Made by a program: the position numbers and the translations under genes. 64,000 bases of DNA, from NCBI GenBank assembly GCA_038087875.1, contig CM075995.1, positions 4,962,001 through 5,026,000 on the forward strand, written 5' to 3'. Under the pieces are notes generated by a model that worked only from the letters and a program-made list of their open reading frames with translations, was not told the origin of the DNA and did no database searches. Positions 12,160 through 26,122 of this stretch are shown one piece after another. Source of the DNA: Malacoraja senta (Eukaryota). Positions within the stretch are counted from its first letter, which is position 1. Every line of letters starts with the position of its first letter.

Positions 12160-12710
12160 TCATAGAGTGATACAGTGTGGAAACAGGCCCTTTAGCCCAA
12201 CTTGCCAACAACAGCCAACATGTCCCAGCTACACTAGTCCCACCTGCCTGTGTTTGGTCCATATGCCTCTAAATCCATCCTCTCGATGTCTAATTGTTTC
12301 TTAAACGTTGCGATAGTCCCTGTCTGAAACATCTTCCCATGCAGCTCCTTTCATACCACCATTTGTCTGAAAGAGTTACCCCTCAGATTCCTATTAAATC
12401 TTTCCCCTTCACCTTAAACCTATGTCCTCTGGTTCTCGATTCCCCTACTCTGGGTGAGAGACTCTGCGTCGACCCAATCTATTCCTCTCATGATTTTATA
12501 CACCTCTATAAGATCTCCCCTCATCCTCCTGCACTCCAAGGAATAGAGTCCCAGCCTACTCAACCTGTCCTTATAGCTCACACCCTCTAGCCCTGGCAAC
12601 ATTCTCTCACATCTTCTCTGTACCCTTTTGAGTTTGACAGCATCCTTTCTATAACATGGTGCCCAGAACTGAACACAATATTCTAAATGCGGCCTCACCA
12701 AGGTCTTACT
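12160..12710 (-). mobile_element. CR1 LINE 3' fragment (second subfamily)
   Basis: [53 protein letters not shown] and gggcctgtttcc tail. Confidence 0.9.
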
Positions 12711-13071
12711 ACCTAATGTTTAAGTCCTTTTCTCTTAACATATTTTGCTGGAGGAACCTTTAGAGCACAAATGTTAAGCAGTTCCATGTATAACATCATT
12801 TGTATAAATTCTGCTTATCTAACGATAAACACTGCTTCCTTTTACTAACAACAGGACCTTATCACTGTGTGAAAACAATGAACGTTGAGTTATTTCCTTA
12901 TCCAATGCTGCTGAAGTTCTTGTGCATTTTTCAAATCACCTGATGCTGCACTGAATATATATTTTTAGGAATTATAGTCACAATTATAGTTCTGAATATT
13001 ACCTAAGATAGACACAAAAAGCTGGAGTAACTCAGCAGGACAGGCAACATCTCTGGAGAGAAGGAATGGGT

Positions 13072-13099
13072 GACGTTTCGGGTCGAGACCTTTCTTCAG
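13072..13099 (-). ncRNA. Minimal hammerhead ribozyme-like motif
   Basis: Reverse complement reads CTGAAGA-AA-GGTCTCGACC-C-GAAACGTC, within a Penelope tail fragment (13010-13103). Confidence 0.55.
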
Positions 13100-13764
13100 A
13101 CTGGTCAACAGGATATTACCTGTAAAAAGTATTGAAGACACAGAGTTAACCTATTCGACATGTAGGTTAATGGCATTGCTTCTGGTAAAAGCGTATCTTT
13201 ACTTTGGCATTAACTTCCCACTTCCCATCACTACAAGCAGTGAGAGGACTGGCTTATAACAATGTTATCTTGCTAAACAGATTGTGAATACATTTCAGTT
13301 TCCTGTAACAGAACAAAATGTAATCATTATTCCAGTGGTTGCCCAAGCCATTGACTGGAATGTTGGCAAAGGCAGGTCTGAATCATTTGCAACTAAGTTC
13401 ATTAAGAAGTGCTGAGCCCATGATCCATCCACGCTTCCCTTGAAATCTCAACCTACACAGAAGCCTGACTTCAGCTTCTGTGCTTATCTCTGGCTCTTAA
13501 CCATCTGCCTATTAAAACCTCTCCCCCCTCGCCTATGTCCACCTATCACCAACCACACTTTGTCATGCCTCTCCCCTTTTCCAGCTCTCTTCTCCCTCCC
13601 CCCCTCCCCAACCCCACAATCAGCTTGAAGAAGAGTCTCGACCTAAAACGTCATCTATCCATGTTCTCCAGGGATGCTGCCTGACCTGCTGAGTTACACC
13701 AGCACCTTGTGTCCTTTTGTGTATTAACCAGCAACTGTAGTTGTTTGTTTCTACTCATTATACA

Positions 13765-14381
13765 ATGATAATCCCTTTTGTAAGGCAGTTCTGAATCCGT
13801 ACAACCAAGTCACTGTTAATCCCATGCATCATAATCTACTGTTTCAGCCTACCAAGGGGGATTTTATCAGAAGCCTTACTAAAATTCACTGGACAACATC
13901 CATCACCCTCCCGTCATCAATTAACTTTGTTACCTCCGTAAAAAACTCAATCAAGTTTGTGAGAAAACAACCGTGTTGTACAAAGCCATGCTGAGTATCC
14001 CTAATTAACCCAATCTCTTCCAAATGGGAGTAAATCCTATCCCGACAAATCTTTCCCAAAAGGTTCCCAACCACTGGCATGAGGCCTATAAAAAAATTCC
14101 CTGGATTTTCTCTACTTGGCTTCTTGAATAAAGGAACAACATAAGCTACTCTCAGACCTCTGGGTCCAAGCCTGTGGCTAGACGATGATGCAAAGGTCTT
14201 TGCCAAGGCTCCCGCAATCTCCTCTCTTGCCTCTCCCTATAACGTGGGTTAAATCCCATCAGGTCCTGTGGATTCATCCACCCTAATTCTCTTCAAGATC
14301 CCCAACACCTCCTCCTCCTTAACTTCTAGCTGCCCTTGCATATTAGTATTCCCCACACTCATCTCACAAATCCTTCTCCTT
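13765..14381 (-). mobile_element. Old CR1 ORF2 fragment, split by an L1 insertion (continues at 19295-19390)
   Basis: VAYVVPLFKK.SRENPGN..QHGFV..CFLTNLIEFF.EVTK.ID.G..DVV on one side, EVLNE.L.SVF.KE on the other side of the L1. Confidence 0.85.
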
Positions 14382-17300
14382 TTTTTAAATATTTTTATTT
14401 TATTAGAAGTAAGTACAATTGTATACAATCATATTTTCATAATACATTTTATGTACAGCTTCTTATTTTTTTATTATAATAAAGAAGAAAAGAAAAAGAA
14501 ATTAGATGATGAAGTATAGAAAAATGTGAGATATATAGTGTGTGGAGAAGAAAAATAGAGTGAAAGAGGAAAGTTAAAGAGTAGAAAATAGGAAAAAGAG
14601 AATAAAAGAAAAAAAGGAAGAAAAAGAAAAAAGAAGTAAGGAGATCTTATTTATAATCTTGACCATCCCTCGCCCAGTCATGAGTTAGCTTTTACAATTG
14701 TGTTGCACCATATGATTCCAAAAAGACGACAAATGGAGACCAACTCGTTGTGAATTGGTCAAATTTATCTATTAGGAGGAATCGCATTTCCTCAAGATGT
14801 GCAGTGTCCAACATACTTGCAATCCACATTTTGAGTGTTGGTATTGGTGTATTTTTCCAAAATTTAAGTATTAATTTTTTTGCTATTATTAAACCATAAT
14901 TTAAAAATAATTTTTGAGATGGATTCAATTTATTCCCATCTTCCATTACCCCAAATACAATCAATTCATTATTAGGTTCCATTTTTATCTTAAATAATTT
15001 TGTGAATATTTCGAAAATATCACTCCAAAATCTATAAAGTTTTATACAGGAAACAAAAGAGTGTGTTATAGTTGCATCTTGGATTACACATTTATCGCAA
15101 GTGGGGGATATATTTGGGTAAAATGTATTTAATCTTGTTTTTGAGTAATACAATCTATGTAAAATTTTAAATTGGATTAGATTATGTCTTGCGTTAATCG
15201 AACATTTGTGAATGTATGTCAAATACTTTTCCCATGTAACCTTCGTAATTTTATCATTAATTCTCGTTCCCACTCTTCTCTAATTACCTCAGTCGCAGGT
15301 AAATCTATATTTAAAATACTATTATATAAATATGCTATTAATTTTTGTGTATCAGCTTTAATATTCATTACTTCTTCCAATAAATCAGGAATTATTTTTT
15401 GATATCCCTGTATGTATGTCTTCAAGAAATCGCAAATCTGAAAATATTTAAAATAATGATTGTTTTTCAGTTTAAATTTTAATTGTAATTGTTGAAATGA
15501 TAGTAAATCTCCCATTTCATACATGTCCCCGATCCTTTTCATTCCTAAACTTTCCCATTGATTATATATTTTGTCCATCATAGATGGTTTAAATAAAGGA
15601 TTATTCGCTATCGGTGTTAACAATGATAGGTTTCTTAATTTTAAGGATAATTTTATTTGTTTCCATATTCATATTGTATCTTGTATAATTGGGTTCTTCT
15701 TATATATTGTATTGTTCATTTTTTTCGGGGAGAAGAGGATCGTTCCTATATTACAAGGATAACAATCCTCTTTCTCCATTTTTATCCATTCTGTCTGTTG
15801 GGTTGAACTATCCAACCAGTAAATTATATTCTTAATATGTATTGCCCAATAGTAATACAGAAAATTCGGGAGTGAAAGTTCCCCGACATCTTTTGGTTTA
15901 CATAAGTGTTCTTTTTTAATTCTATGTGATTTATAGTCCCAAACAAAATTAGTAATATTAGAGTTTAATTTAGAAAAAAAATATTTTGGTTCATATACTG
16001 GTATAGACTGAAATAGGTATAATAACTGTGGTAGAAAGATCATTTTTATAGCGTTTATTCTACCTATTAGTGATAAAGGAAGTGTTTTCCAAAATGTAAT
16101 CATTATATTAAGTTTATTTATTAAAGGTATAAAATTGACATTAAATAAAGCTTTATGTTTTCTAGTAATCTGAATACCCAGATATTTAAATTTTTCTGTT
16201 GCTATTTTAAAGGGGAACTTCAGTAAGTGTGTGGATTCTTGAGGTTTTAACGTCATGATTTCACTTTTGTTCCAATTTATTCTATATCCAGAAAAGGACC
16301 CAAATTCCTCTATTAAGTTTAATAAATTTGGTATGCTCGTTTGTGAGTTTGTTATATATAACAAAATATCATCTGCATATAATGAAATTTTATTATTTGA
16401 GTCCCTAGTATTATAACCCTGAATATTCGGATGACTTCTTATACTTTCGGCCAAAGGTTCTATCATAAGGGCAAATAGCAGGGGTGATAAAGCACATCCC
16501 TGCCTATTACCCCTCGATAATTGAAATTTTTGAGATAACATACTATTAGTTAATATTCTTGCCATCGGTTTATCATATAATAATTTCACCCATGTAATAA
16601 AATTCTCTCCCATATTAAATTTTTGTAATACTTTGTATAAATACTGCCATTCTACCTGATCAAATGCTTTCTCTGCGTCCAAAGAAATAATTGATATGTC
16701 TCCTTCCTCCACTTTATGTGAGTACATTATATTAAACAGGCGTCTCAAATTATTAAATGAATATCTTTTGGGTATAAACCCCGTTTGATCAGGATTTATC
16801 AATTTACTAATATATTTGCTTAATCTTCTGGCTAAGGTTTTTGCTAAAATGTTCTGATCTGTATTTAAAAGTGATATAGCTCTATATGAGCCCGGTTCCT
16901 CTAGATCTTTATCTTTCTTTGGAATAAGCGTGATAGTTGATTCTGCTACTGTTTCAGGTAATTTATTTTCTTTAAAAGCGTGAGTATATAAATTAAATAA
17001 ATAGGGGGTCGTTATCTCATGAAATTTTTAATAAAATTCATTACTAAAACCATCTGGTCCCGGTGTCTTACCATTTTTCAACGATTTTATTGTTTCACCT
17101 ATTTCTTCGATTGTAATTTGCGCTCCGAGTTCTTCTTGTTCCAAAAGATCAAGTTTTGGTAGATTACAATTATCTAAATTTTTTTTAATTTTACTATCTT
17201 CTGTTTTAGTTTTTGATGTATATAAATTTTGATAAAATTGAGCAAATCTTTTATTAATATCTTTAGGTAGTATTAATAATTCACCATTCTCGGATTTAAT

Positions 17301-19294
17301 TTTATTTATAGTATTTTCTTTTTCTTGTTTTTTCAGTTGGCGCGCTAACAGCTTATGTGGTTTGTCACCAAACTCAAAATGTTCCTGTTTTGTAATTTGG
17401 AATAATCTTATTACTCTTGCCGAGAGAATTCGATTAAGTTTAAATTTCAGTAATATTATCTTATTATGTTTATCTATAGTGGAATCTTTAGCATTATCTT
17501 TTTTTTTTTTTTTTTTTTTAATTTTTATTTATTAGAAGTACATTACATCACAGCCACATACATTAATACTCGTCATTTATATCTTCTTACAATTAATGTA
17601 CTCCCTTTATTTTTTTTTTTACGCTAAAGAAAGAAAAGATTGAAAGAGAGAAGAAAGTGAAGGAAAAAGTGCAAGTGTAGAAAAGTGTAGAAAATGTAAC
17701 AACAAACAAAAAAAAAAAAAGGACGGGGACCCTATGAAAGCGAAATTAAAGACAAAAAAAAAAAGGAGTTAAGAAATAGGCCCTAAGAAAAGAAAAGAGA
17801 GAGAGAAAAAAAGAAAAACAAATGTTTTTTTTTTGAGCATCACGTAAATAGGACATACCAACTCTTCAACTATCATCCCCCCTTACCCGACCTCAATTTT
17901 TTATTTTTTTAAAGTACTTTTGCACCCTATGTTTGTAATAATTCTATAAATGCAGACCACGTCAGGTGGAAGTGATCTGGTTTACCTGCTAGGAGGAGTC
18001 TTATCTCTTCAAGGTGTAGTGTTTCAAACATATTTGAAATCCACATATTTATAGTTGGTATTGGAGCCTTCTTCCAAAATTTTAGAATTAGCTTTTTTCC
18101 AGTTATTAACCCATAATCCATTAATTTCTTTTGAAACACATTTAGTTCTGGATCATCTTCCGTTATTCCGAAGATAATCCATTCTGCTTTGGGTATCAGT
18201 CTTGTTTTAAATAACTTTGTAAAGATTTCAAAAATTTCATTCCAAAATTTTTGAATTTTTGTACAGAAGACAAATGAGTGCGCTATAGTTGCTTCTTGGG
18301 ATTGACATTTATCACAAATAGATGATACGTTTGGGAAAATTTTATGAATTTTAGTTTTCGAATAATATAATCTATGTAAAATTTTAAATTGTATTAAAGT
18401 GTGTCTTACATTAATCGAGCATTTATGTACTTTTAATAAGTATTCATTCCAACTTTCCTTTGAAATTTTAATGGCTAACTCTTGTTCCCAGTCTCTTCTG
18501 ATACCCTCCGTAGATGGTATTTGTACATTTAAGATAATATTGTACAAATATGATATTAAGTTTGCTGATTCCGCTTTTGTCTGCATTGCCTCGTCCAGTA
18601 CATCTGCTGGGTTATTATGATGATCTTTTATATATTTTTTCAAATAGTCGCATATTTGAAAGTATTTAAAATATTGATTATTTCCGAGTTTATATTTTAT
18701 TTGTAATTGTTGAAATGAAAGTAATTTTCCAGTTTCATACAAGTCACCAAGCGTTTTAATTCCTAGTCTATCCCATTGTGTATAAGCTTTATCTATAATA
18801 GAAGGACTAAACGAAGGGTTATTGACTATAGGTAATAAAAGTGATAAGTTTCTTAATTTTAAATTTTGTTTTATTTGTTTCCAAATACGGATTGTACTAT
18901 GAATAATTGGGTTCTTATTATAGTTTATGTTATTCAATTTCATTGGAGAGAGGAGGATCGCTCCAATCTTTAGCATTATCTAACTCTAACTATCTTATTT
19001 CTTGTTCTAACAACGTTTGTTCTGTTTTATTCTTTTTATTTTGAAAAATTTCGTATGAAATTATAATTCCTCTAATAAATGCTTTAAAAGTTTCCCATAG
19101 TAAAGAAGGTGAGGTACCTGGTGTATCATTTATCTCAAAAAATAATTTCATTTGTTGTTTTAAGTATTGATAACCCTGTAAGTCATTTAATATATATGTA
19201 TTAAATCTCCAAAAAAAAAAGTTTTTACCCGGCATTCCCTCAAATCTTACTGAAAAAGTCAACGGAGAGTGATCAGAAATACTACTAATGTGGT
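14382..19294 (-). mobile_element. L1-clade LINE copy A, 5'-truncated in the endonuclease domain, interrupted by L1 copy B
   Basis: ORF2 pieces: ISDHSPL (EN), GKTPGPDGF, SLDAEKAFD, QGCALSPLLF, LYADD (RT), CDKC..H...C zinc knuckle. PolyA tail at 14382. 16-bp TSD acaaatccttctcctt at 14366-14381 and 19295-19310. Confidence 0.95.
17500..18964 (-). mobile_element. L1-clade LINE copy B nested in copy A
   Basis: T-run (polyA tail) at 17500; ~345 uninterrupted codons of ORF2 C-terminus (17927-18964); 17-bp TSD aatctttagcattatct at 17483-17499 and 18965-18981. Confidence 0.95.
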
Positions 19295-19545
19295 ACAAAT
19301 CCTTCTCCTTGATGAAAACTGATGGAAGGTTCTCATTTAGCACCTCGCCTACATCTCCAGACTGCAAGCACTCATTCCTTCCGTTATCTGTGAACAGTTT
19401 AATTTAGTTTAGAGATACAGCGTGGAAACAGAGACACTTCCACTCACCGAGTCCGCGCCGACCAGCGATCCCTGCACATTAACACTATCCTACACACACT
19501 AGGGGACAATTTACAATTATACCAAAGCCAATTAACCTACAAACG

Positions 19546-20416
19546 TTGGATTGGATTGGATTGGATTGGATTCAATTCATTGTCATTGTCTCAATCAAGA
19601 GACAACGAAATGCAACTTTCCTTACAGTCATACAAAAAAATATTTTTTTTAAGCACAAAACAGAAGTCCACGACACAAACATCCCCACAGCGGCACCAAA
19701 GTTCCCCACTGTGAGGGAAGGAACCAAAGTCCAGTCCACCTCCTCGCTGATCTCCCCAGATGTTCACCTGTGGTCAGGGGCTCCCGAGCACTCTGTAGTC
19801 GCCGCTATGGGTGGCCCGATGTTCAGGCCCTCTCGCCGGGAATGATGGAACCCCGACGTCGAACGGGAGAACATCCTCAGCGGCCCGGACCTCCAAATCA
19901 GCCACCTCCCACCAGAGTCCGCGGCTCCCGAAGTCCACAGGCCGAGCTGGGCGTAGACTCATGCTGGCGACCCCCGACAAAGGGTCCCAGGACTCCGCAA
20001 TGTTGGTCAGCGCCGCCCGTGTTGGGAGCTCCGCGAACCACAGCTCCGCGATGTCGATGCAGCAGGCCCAACACTCCGGAGCTTCAAACAGCGATCCCAG
20101 GTGAGGCATCGCCCGCTCTGCGATGTATCCAGCGCTGCGCCGCCGCTGCTGGAGCTCTGGAAAGTCCCGGCAGGAAAGGCCGCGCCAATCCAGTAGGTAG
20201 GCGGGGGGGGGTGGGGGGAACGAGGACGCGACTCGAATAATAGTCGCATCCTCTCCAGGTAGCGACTGAAGGACGGTTTCCCCCTTACCGTACCCTCTTC
20301 CCCCCACATAAAACAACAACAAAAAACCAAAAAACATACTTTAAACATAACAAAATATAAAAAAGATACCAGACTGAAGGCGGAGGCAGCCAGCTTACAG
20401 CGCCACCGGATGTTGG
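19546..20416 (-). mobile_element. Unclassified GC-rich non-coding retroposon, copy 1
   Basis: (atcca)n tail; body homologous to 49716-50497 and 56030-56800; no credible ORF. Confidence 0.65.
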
Positions 20417-20739
20417 TGTACGTGTACGTCTTTGGGATGTGGGAGGAAACCAAAGCCCTAGATAGGGCTCTTAAAAATAGCGGATTCAGGGGATATGGGG
20501 AGAAGGCAGGAACGGGATACTGATTGGGGATGATCAGCCATGATCACATTGAATGGCGGAGCTGGATCGTAGGGCCGAATGGCCTACTCCTGCACCTATT
20601 GTCTATTGTCTATTGTCTATTGTCATCCAGAGAAAACCCACGCAGGTCACGGGGAGAACATACCAACTCCATACAGACAACACATAGTCAGGATCAAACC
20701 CGGATCTCTGGCGCTGTAAGGCAGCAACTCTACCACTGC

Positions 20740-21235
20740 TAGGGTTGCCAAATTTCTCACTCCCAAATAAGGGACAAAAGGTCAAAATAAGGGTCAAATT
20801 CCTGACGGCAATTCGTTGACCGACTTGGCCGTGGCTGGGTGAATGATGAGTTGGCCCGGGTGTTGGACTGCACACAAAGCCCAGCCGGCGGGCCAGCTGA
20901 GGAGTTTTGGTCTGGCACCCCATCCAACTCATGAACCGATAATTGGCCATGAGAAGGAGAGGTGGTGGTGTCGGCGGTATGCGAAGGTTCGAAGGTCGAC
21001 GGCTGACCGGGCTGCCAACCGACGGGGCCACGGGCGAGGCGCTGCTGCTGCACTCCATGGGATGCACTACGTCAGGACGGGTAAGGCGGGGCCGGACGCG
21101 ACGCTCCGACCCGACAGTCCCCTTGACCCAAGTAGTGGCAGTCAAATACGGGACAAGAGCGGTACCATATGTGTCAAATCAATTTAGCCCAATATATAGG
21201 ATGTCCCAGCTAATACGGGATAGTTGGCAACCCTA
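20740..21235. mobile_element. hAT (Blackjack-like) non-autonomous DNA transposon
   Basis: TIR tagggttgccaa / ttggcaacccta; 8-bp TSD accactgc / accgctgc; subterminal tacgggac-type motifs. Confidence 0.9.
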
Positions 21236-22509
21236 ACCGCTGCGCTGCCGTGCCCTGCCTTCTCCCTGGCTGCCCACTTGTTTCAATGTAGGTATACAAA
21301 TCTTTTCTTTAATCTGAATTTGTGCTTAAAATTTTTTTTTTTTTTTGTATGACTGTAAGGAAAGTTGCATTTCGTTTTCTCTTGATTGAGAATGCCATTC
21401 ACCTGGCCGGGCTCATTGCCCAACGCATGGTCCAGGATGTTCCCTTCTTGCATTGGACTATCCACATACAGTTCAAGAAACCCTCTTGAATGTGGAGTTT
21501 GTACATTCTACTTTGCAGCCCTGGAAAGTAGAAGTTTGAGTTTGATCCCAACTACGGGTGCTGTCTGTATAGAGTTTGTACGTTCTCCCCGTGACCACGT
21601 GTGTTTTTCTCCAAGATCTTTGCTTTCCTCCCACACTTCAAAGAAGAACAGGTTTGTAGGTTAATTGGCTTCTGGAAGACTGTAAATTGTCCCTAGTGTG
21701 TAGGATAGTGCTAGAGGATGGGCTTAATGCTGGTCGGTGTGGACTCGGTTGGCCAATGGAGCCATTTCCCTACTGTATCTCTAAAGTCTAAAATCTAAAA
21801 TCTGTCCAAATGTCTTTTGAAAGTCATAATTGTATCATCCTCCACCACTTTGTCTGCCAGCCCTTTCCAGAAATGGACGAACTTCTGAACGAAAAAATTG
21901 ACGCTTAGGATCCTCTAAAATCTCTTCCCTTTCACATTAAGCCGATGCTCTATGTTAACAATGGCTCATATGTTCCCATAGCCCAGAGATTTTTTCAGAG
22001 AGAGGATGATGGGTATGTGGAACAAGCTCCCAGAGGAAGTAGTTGAAGCAGGTACAATAAACACATTTAAAAGACATTTGTATAGGTCCATGGATTGGAA
22101 AGGTTTAGAGGGACATGGGCCAAGGGCAGGCAGGTGGGACGAACATAGATCGTGGTTGGCAAGGGCAGTTGAGCCAAAGGGCCTGTTTCCATACTGTATG
22201 ACTCCATGGCTGACAGTAAACATCCTTATCTTTTCGAAAGTCAGAGCAGCTGTGTCCCTAAGTCCCACACAATTGGGAAGCCATCACCCTCGCCTGCACC
22301 TGAAATTCCAAGAGCAATAGTTTCATGGTACAGCAGGTTGGATTTTTCCCAGACCAACTGCGTAGATGCCTGCTTTTATTTCTTTGCATTTGAATTCCAG
22401 CTGGAAAATACATGCATTATATTACTAGGGCATTTGATGCAAGTGTTTGTTGTTTAATCATGCGAGGAGGCCTAATTTGGGGGAAAATAGGATTACACCA
22501 TCTGCTTTC

Positions 22510-23100
22510 ATAAGATCATAAGTGATAGGAGTAGAATAAGGCCATTCGGCCCAAGTCGACTCCGCCATTCAATCATGGTTGATCTATCTCTCCCTCCTAA
22601 CCCCATTCTCCTGCCTTCTCCTTATAATCTCTGACACCCATTCTAATTAAGAATCTATCTTTCTCTGCCTTAAATATATCCGCTGACTTGGCCTCCACAG
22701 CCTTCTGTGGCAAAGAATTCCACAGATTCACCACCCTCTGACTAAAGATATTCCTCCTCATCTCCTTCCTAAAAGAACGTCCTTTAATTTTGAGGCTATG
22801 ACCTCTAGTCCTAGACTCTCCCACTAATGGAAACATCCTCTCCACATCTATCCAAACCTTTCATTATTCTGTACGTTTCAATGAGGTCCCCCTTCATTCT
22901 TCTAAACTCCAGCGAATACCAGCCCAGTGCCGTCAAACGCTCATCATATGTTAACCTACTCATTCCTGGGATCATTCTTGTAAACCTCCTCGAGACCTTC
23001 TCCAGAGCCAGCACATCCTTCCTCAGACATGGTGCCTAAAATTGCTCACAATATTCCTAGTGTGGCCTGACCAGCGCCTTATAGAGCCTCAGCATTACAT
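22510..23100 (-). mobile_element. CR1 LINE 3' fragment
   Basis: LALEKVSRRFTRMIPG..SLEFRRMKGDLIETY..RTRGHSL..SQRVVNLWNSLP. Confidence 0.9.
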
Positions 23101-23380
23101 GTTTAAGAAAGAACTGCAGATGCTGGTAAATTGAAGGTAGACACAAAATGCTGGAGTAACTCAGCGGGACAGGCAGCACCTATGGAGAGAAGGAATAGGC
23201 GAAGTTTCGGGTCGAGCCCCTTCTTCAGACTGTACTACTGTCTCTGCCAACATTCTTTCCTTGTTCCACTCCCTCTCCTGACATCAGACTGAAGAAGGGT
23301 CTCGACCCAAAACGTCACCAATTCCTTCTCTCCATAGATGCTGCCTCACCCGCTGAGTTACTCCAGCATTTTGTGTCCAC
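23100..23380. mobile_element. Inverted (palindromic) Penelope-tail element with degenerate hammerhead-like motifs on both strands
   Basis: Left arm ends cccttcttcagactg (~23232); right arm begins cagactgaagaagggtctcgaccc (~23285); ctcagcattacat occurs on both flanks (TSD-like). Confidence 0.75.
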
Positions 23381-23459
23381 CCTCAGCATTACATCACTGT
23401 TTTTGTATACAAGCCCTCTCGAAATAAATGCTTTCTACTGTTGTCAGAAATTCGGATCA

Positions 23460-23770
23460 GGGCGGTACGATGGCGCAGCAATAGAGTTGCTGCCTTGCAG
23501 CGCCAGAGACCTGGGTTCGATCCTGACTATGGGTGCTTGTCTGTACGGAGTTTGTATGTTCTCCCCGTCACATGCATGGGTTTTCTCCAGGATTTCCGGT
23601 TTCCTCCCACACTCCAAAGACTTATAGGTTTGTAATTTAATTGGCTTGGTAAAATTGTACATTGTCCCTGGTGTGTGTAGGATAGTGTTAGAGTACGGGG
23701 ATATCTGGTCAGCACGGACTCGGTGGGCCGATGGGCCTGTATCCACGCTGTCTCTCCAAACTAAACTAAA
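23460..23770 (+). mobile_element. Full-length HE1/V-type SINE
   Basis: tRNA head, V-domain and (ctaaa)n tail. Confidence 0.9.
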
Positions 23771-25006
23771 ACGAAAACTATTGTATTTTCATGCTCTCTT
23801 TACAAGGGAAGTAATTGCTGGGGATTCTGCCCTTGAGGGATTTTGCCTCTGGGGAGGCTCAGATCTGCAGAATAAAGGAAGGTGTACATTTTGCCTACTT
23901 CATCTTATGGTGACAAAGTCCAATTCATGCCAAGGTATTATTTTATAAATAGATTTATATTTACAAACAGGCAGGTAATAATGATTGGCTGAATGATCCC
24001 ATGTTTCATTCAGATATCTCCGTTAAGTGGGAGGAAATGTACCTTTGTTCCCACACGTCCCCTGTCAAGCTCATCGAGCGTGCAGTATTGATTTGCTACG
24101 GACCAAATGCTTTCAGCTAGACAGCCTCTGGAAACTGTAGAACTTGAGCTGGCCCTGGTTCTGTGCTCTCGTGAGCAGGGCACTTGGCCAGCTGGCCCAT
24201 TGGAATCCAAACGCAAGCACACTTCAATTAGCGGGAAAGCGAATACATTTACCCAGCAGAATGGTGCCATTCAGCTGGGAACCGCTCCATCCAAGACCGC
24301 AAGAAATTGCAGAGGATTGTGGATGCAGCCCAGACCGTCCCGCAAACCAGACTTCCTTTGGCTCCATCTATGCTTCGCACTGCTTCGCGCACCCCGGCCA
24401 CTCCCTCTTCTCCCCTCTCCCATTAGGCAAGTACAGAAGTGTGAAAACGCACAGCTCGAGATTCTGGAACGGTTTCTTCACAGCTGTTATCAGGCATCCA
24501 TCCTATCACCAGCTAGAGAGCTGCCCTGACCTATCATCTACCTCATTGGAGACCCTAGTATTTTCTGTAATTGGACTAAACTGGACTTTATCTTGCACTA
24601 AACATTATTCCCTTTATCCTATATCTACTCTGAGGATGGCTTGATTGAAATCAATGTATAGTCGTATCGCTGACTGGATAGCACACAATAAAAGACCTTT
24701 TCACTGTACACATGACAATAAAGTGACCAAAACTATATTCATTGTGCAGGGGTAAGTGAGATGGGAAAATGTGTACATTTTAGTTCAGTTTAGTTTAGAG
24801 CTACTGCGCGGAAACAGGCCCTTCGGCCCACCGTGTCCGCACCAATCAGCGATCCCCACACACTAACACTGCCCGACACACACTAGGGACAATTTTACAT
24901 TCATACCAAGCCAATTAACCTACAAACCTGTACGTCTTTGGAGTGTGGGATGAAACCGAAGATCTTGGGGGGAAATACACGCGGTCACGGGGAGAACGTA
25001 CAAACT

Positions 25007-26122
25007 GGGGTAGAGTGCTGACATGGATAGAAAATTGGTTGGCAGACAGGAAGCAAAGAGTAGGGATAAACGGGTCCCTTTCAGAATGGCAGGCAGTGAC
25101 TAGTGGGGTACCGCAAGGCTCGGTGCTGGGACCGCAGCTATTTACAATATACATCAATGATTTGGATGAAGGGATTCAAAGTAACATTAGAAAATTTGCA
25201 GATGACACAAAGCTGGGTGGCAGTGTGAACTGTGAGGAGGATGCTATGAGAATGCAGGGTGACTTGGACAGGTTGGGGGTGTGGGCAGATGCATGGTAGA
25301 TGACGTTTAATGTGGATAAATGTGAGGTTATCCACTTTGGTAAAAAAAACAGGAAGGCAGATTACTATCTAAATGGCGTCAAGTTGGGAAAAGGGAAAGT
25401 ACAACGGGATCTGGGGGTCCTTGTTCATCAGTCTATGAAAGTAAGCATGCAGGTACAACATGCAGTGAAGAAAGCGAATGACATGTTGGCCTTTATAACA
25501 AGAGGAGTCGAGTATAGGAGCAAAGCGGTCCTTCGGCAGTTGTAAGAACCCTAGTGAGACCACACCTGGAGTATTGTGTGCAGTTTTGGTCCCTTAATTT
25601 GAGGAAGGACATTCTTGCTATTGAGGGAGTGCAGCGTAGGTTTACTAGGTTAATTCCCGGGATGGCGGGACTGTCATATGCTGAGAGAATGGAGTGGCTG
25701 GGCTTGTACACTCTGGAGTTTAGAAGGATGAGAGGGTATCTTATTGAAACATATAAGATTGTTAAGGGTTTGGACAAGCTAGAGGCAGGAAACATGTTCC
25801 CGATGTTGGGGGAGTCCAGAACTAGGGGCCACTTTTTAAGAATAAGGGGTAAGCCATTTAGAACGGAGACAAGGAAACACTTTTTTTCATAGAGAGTTGT
25901 GAGTCTGTGGAATTCTCTGCCTCAGAGGGTGGTGGAGGCCGGTTCTCTGGATACTTTCAAGAGAGTGCTAGATAGGGCTCTTAAAGATGGCGGAGTTAGG
26001 GGATATGGGGAGAAGGCAGGAATGGGGTACTGATTGGGGATGATCAGCCATGATCACATTGAATGACGATGCTGGCTCGAAGGGCCCAATAACCTACTCC
26101 TGCACCTATTGTCTATTGTCTA
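25007..26122 (+). mobile_element. CR1 LINE, 5'-truncated, inserted in a SINE (24780-25006 and 26123-26215)
   Basis: VTSGVPQGSVLGPQLFTIYINDL..KFADDTK RT core, thumb region, 3' UTR and (tattgtc)n tail. Confidence 0.93.

Larger units (their letters stand above)
19400..21255 (-). mobile_element. HE1-type SINE split into four pieces by three later insertions
   Basis: SINE segments at ~19400-19545, 20420-20455, 20625-20739 and 21236-21255 join colinearly. Confidence 0.8.
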
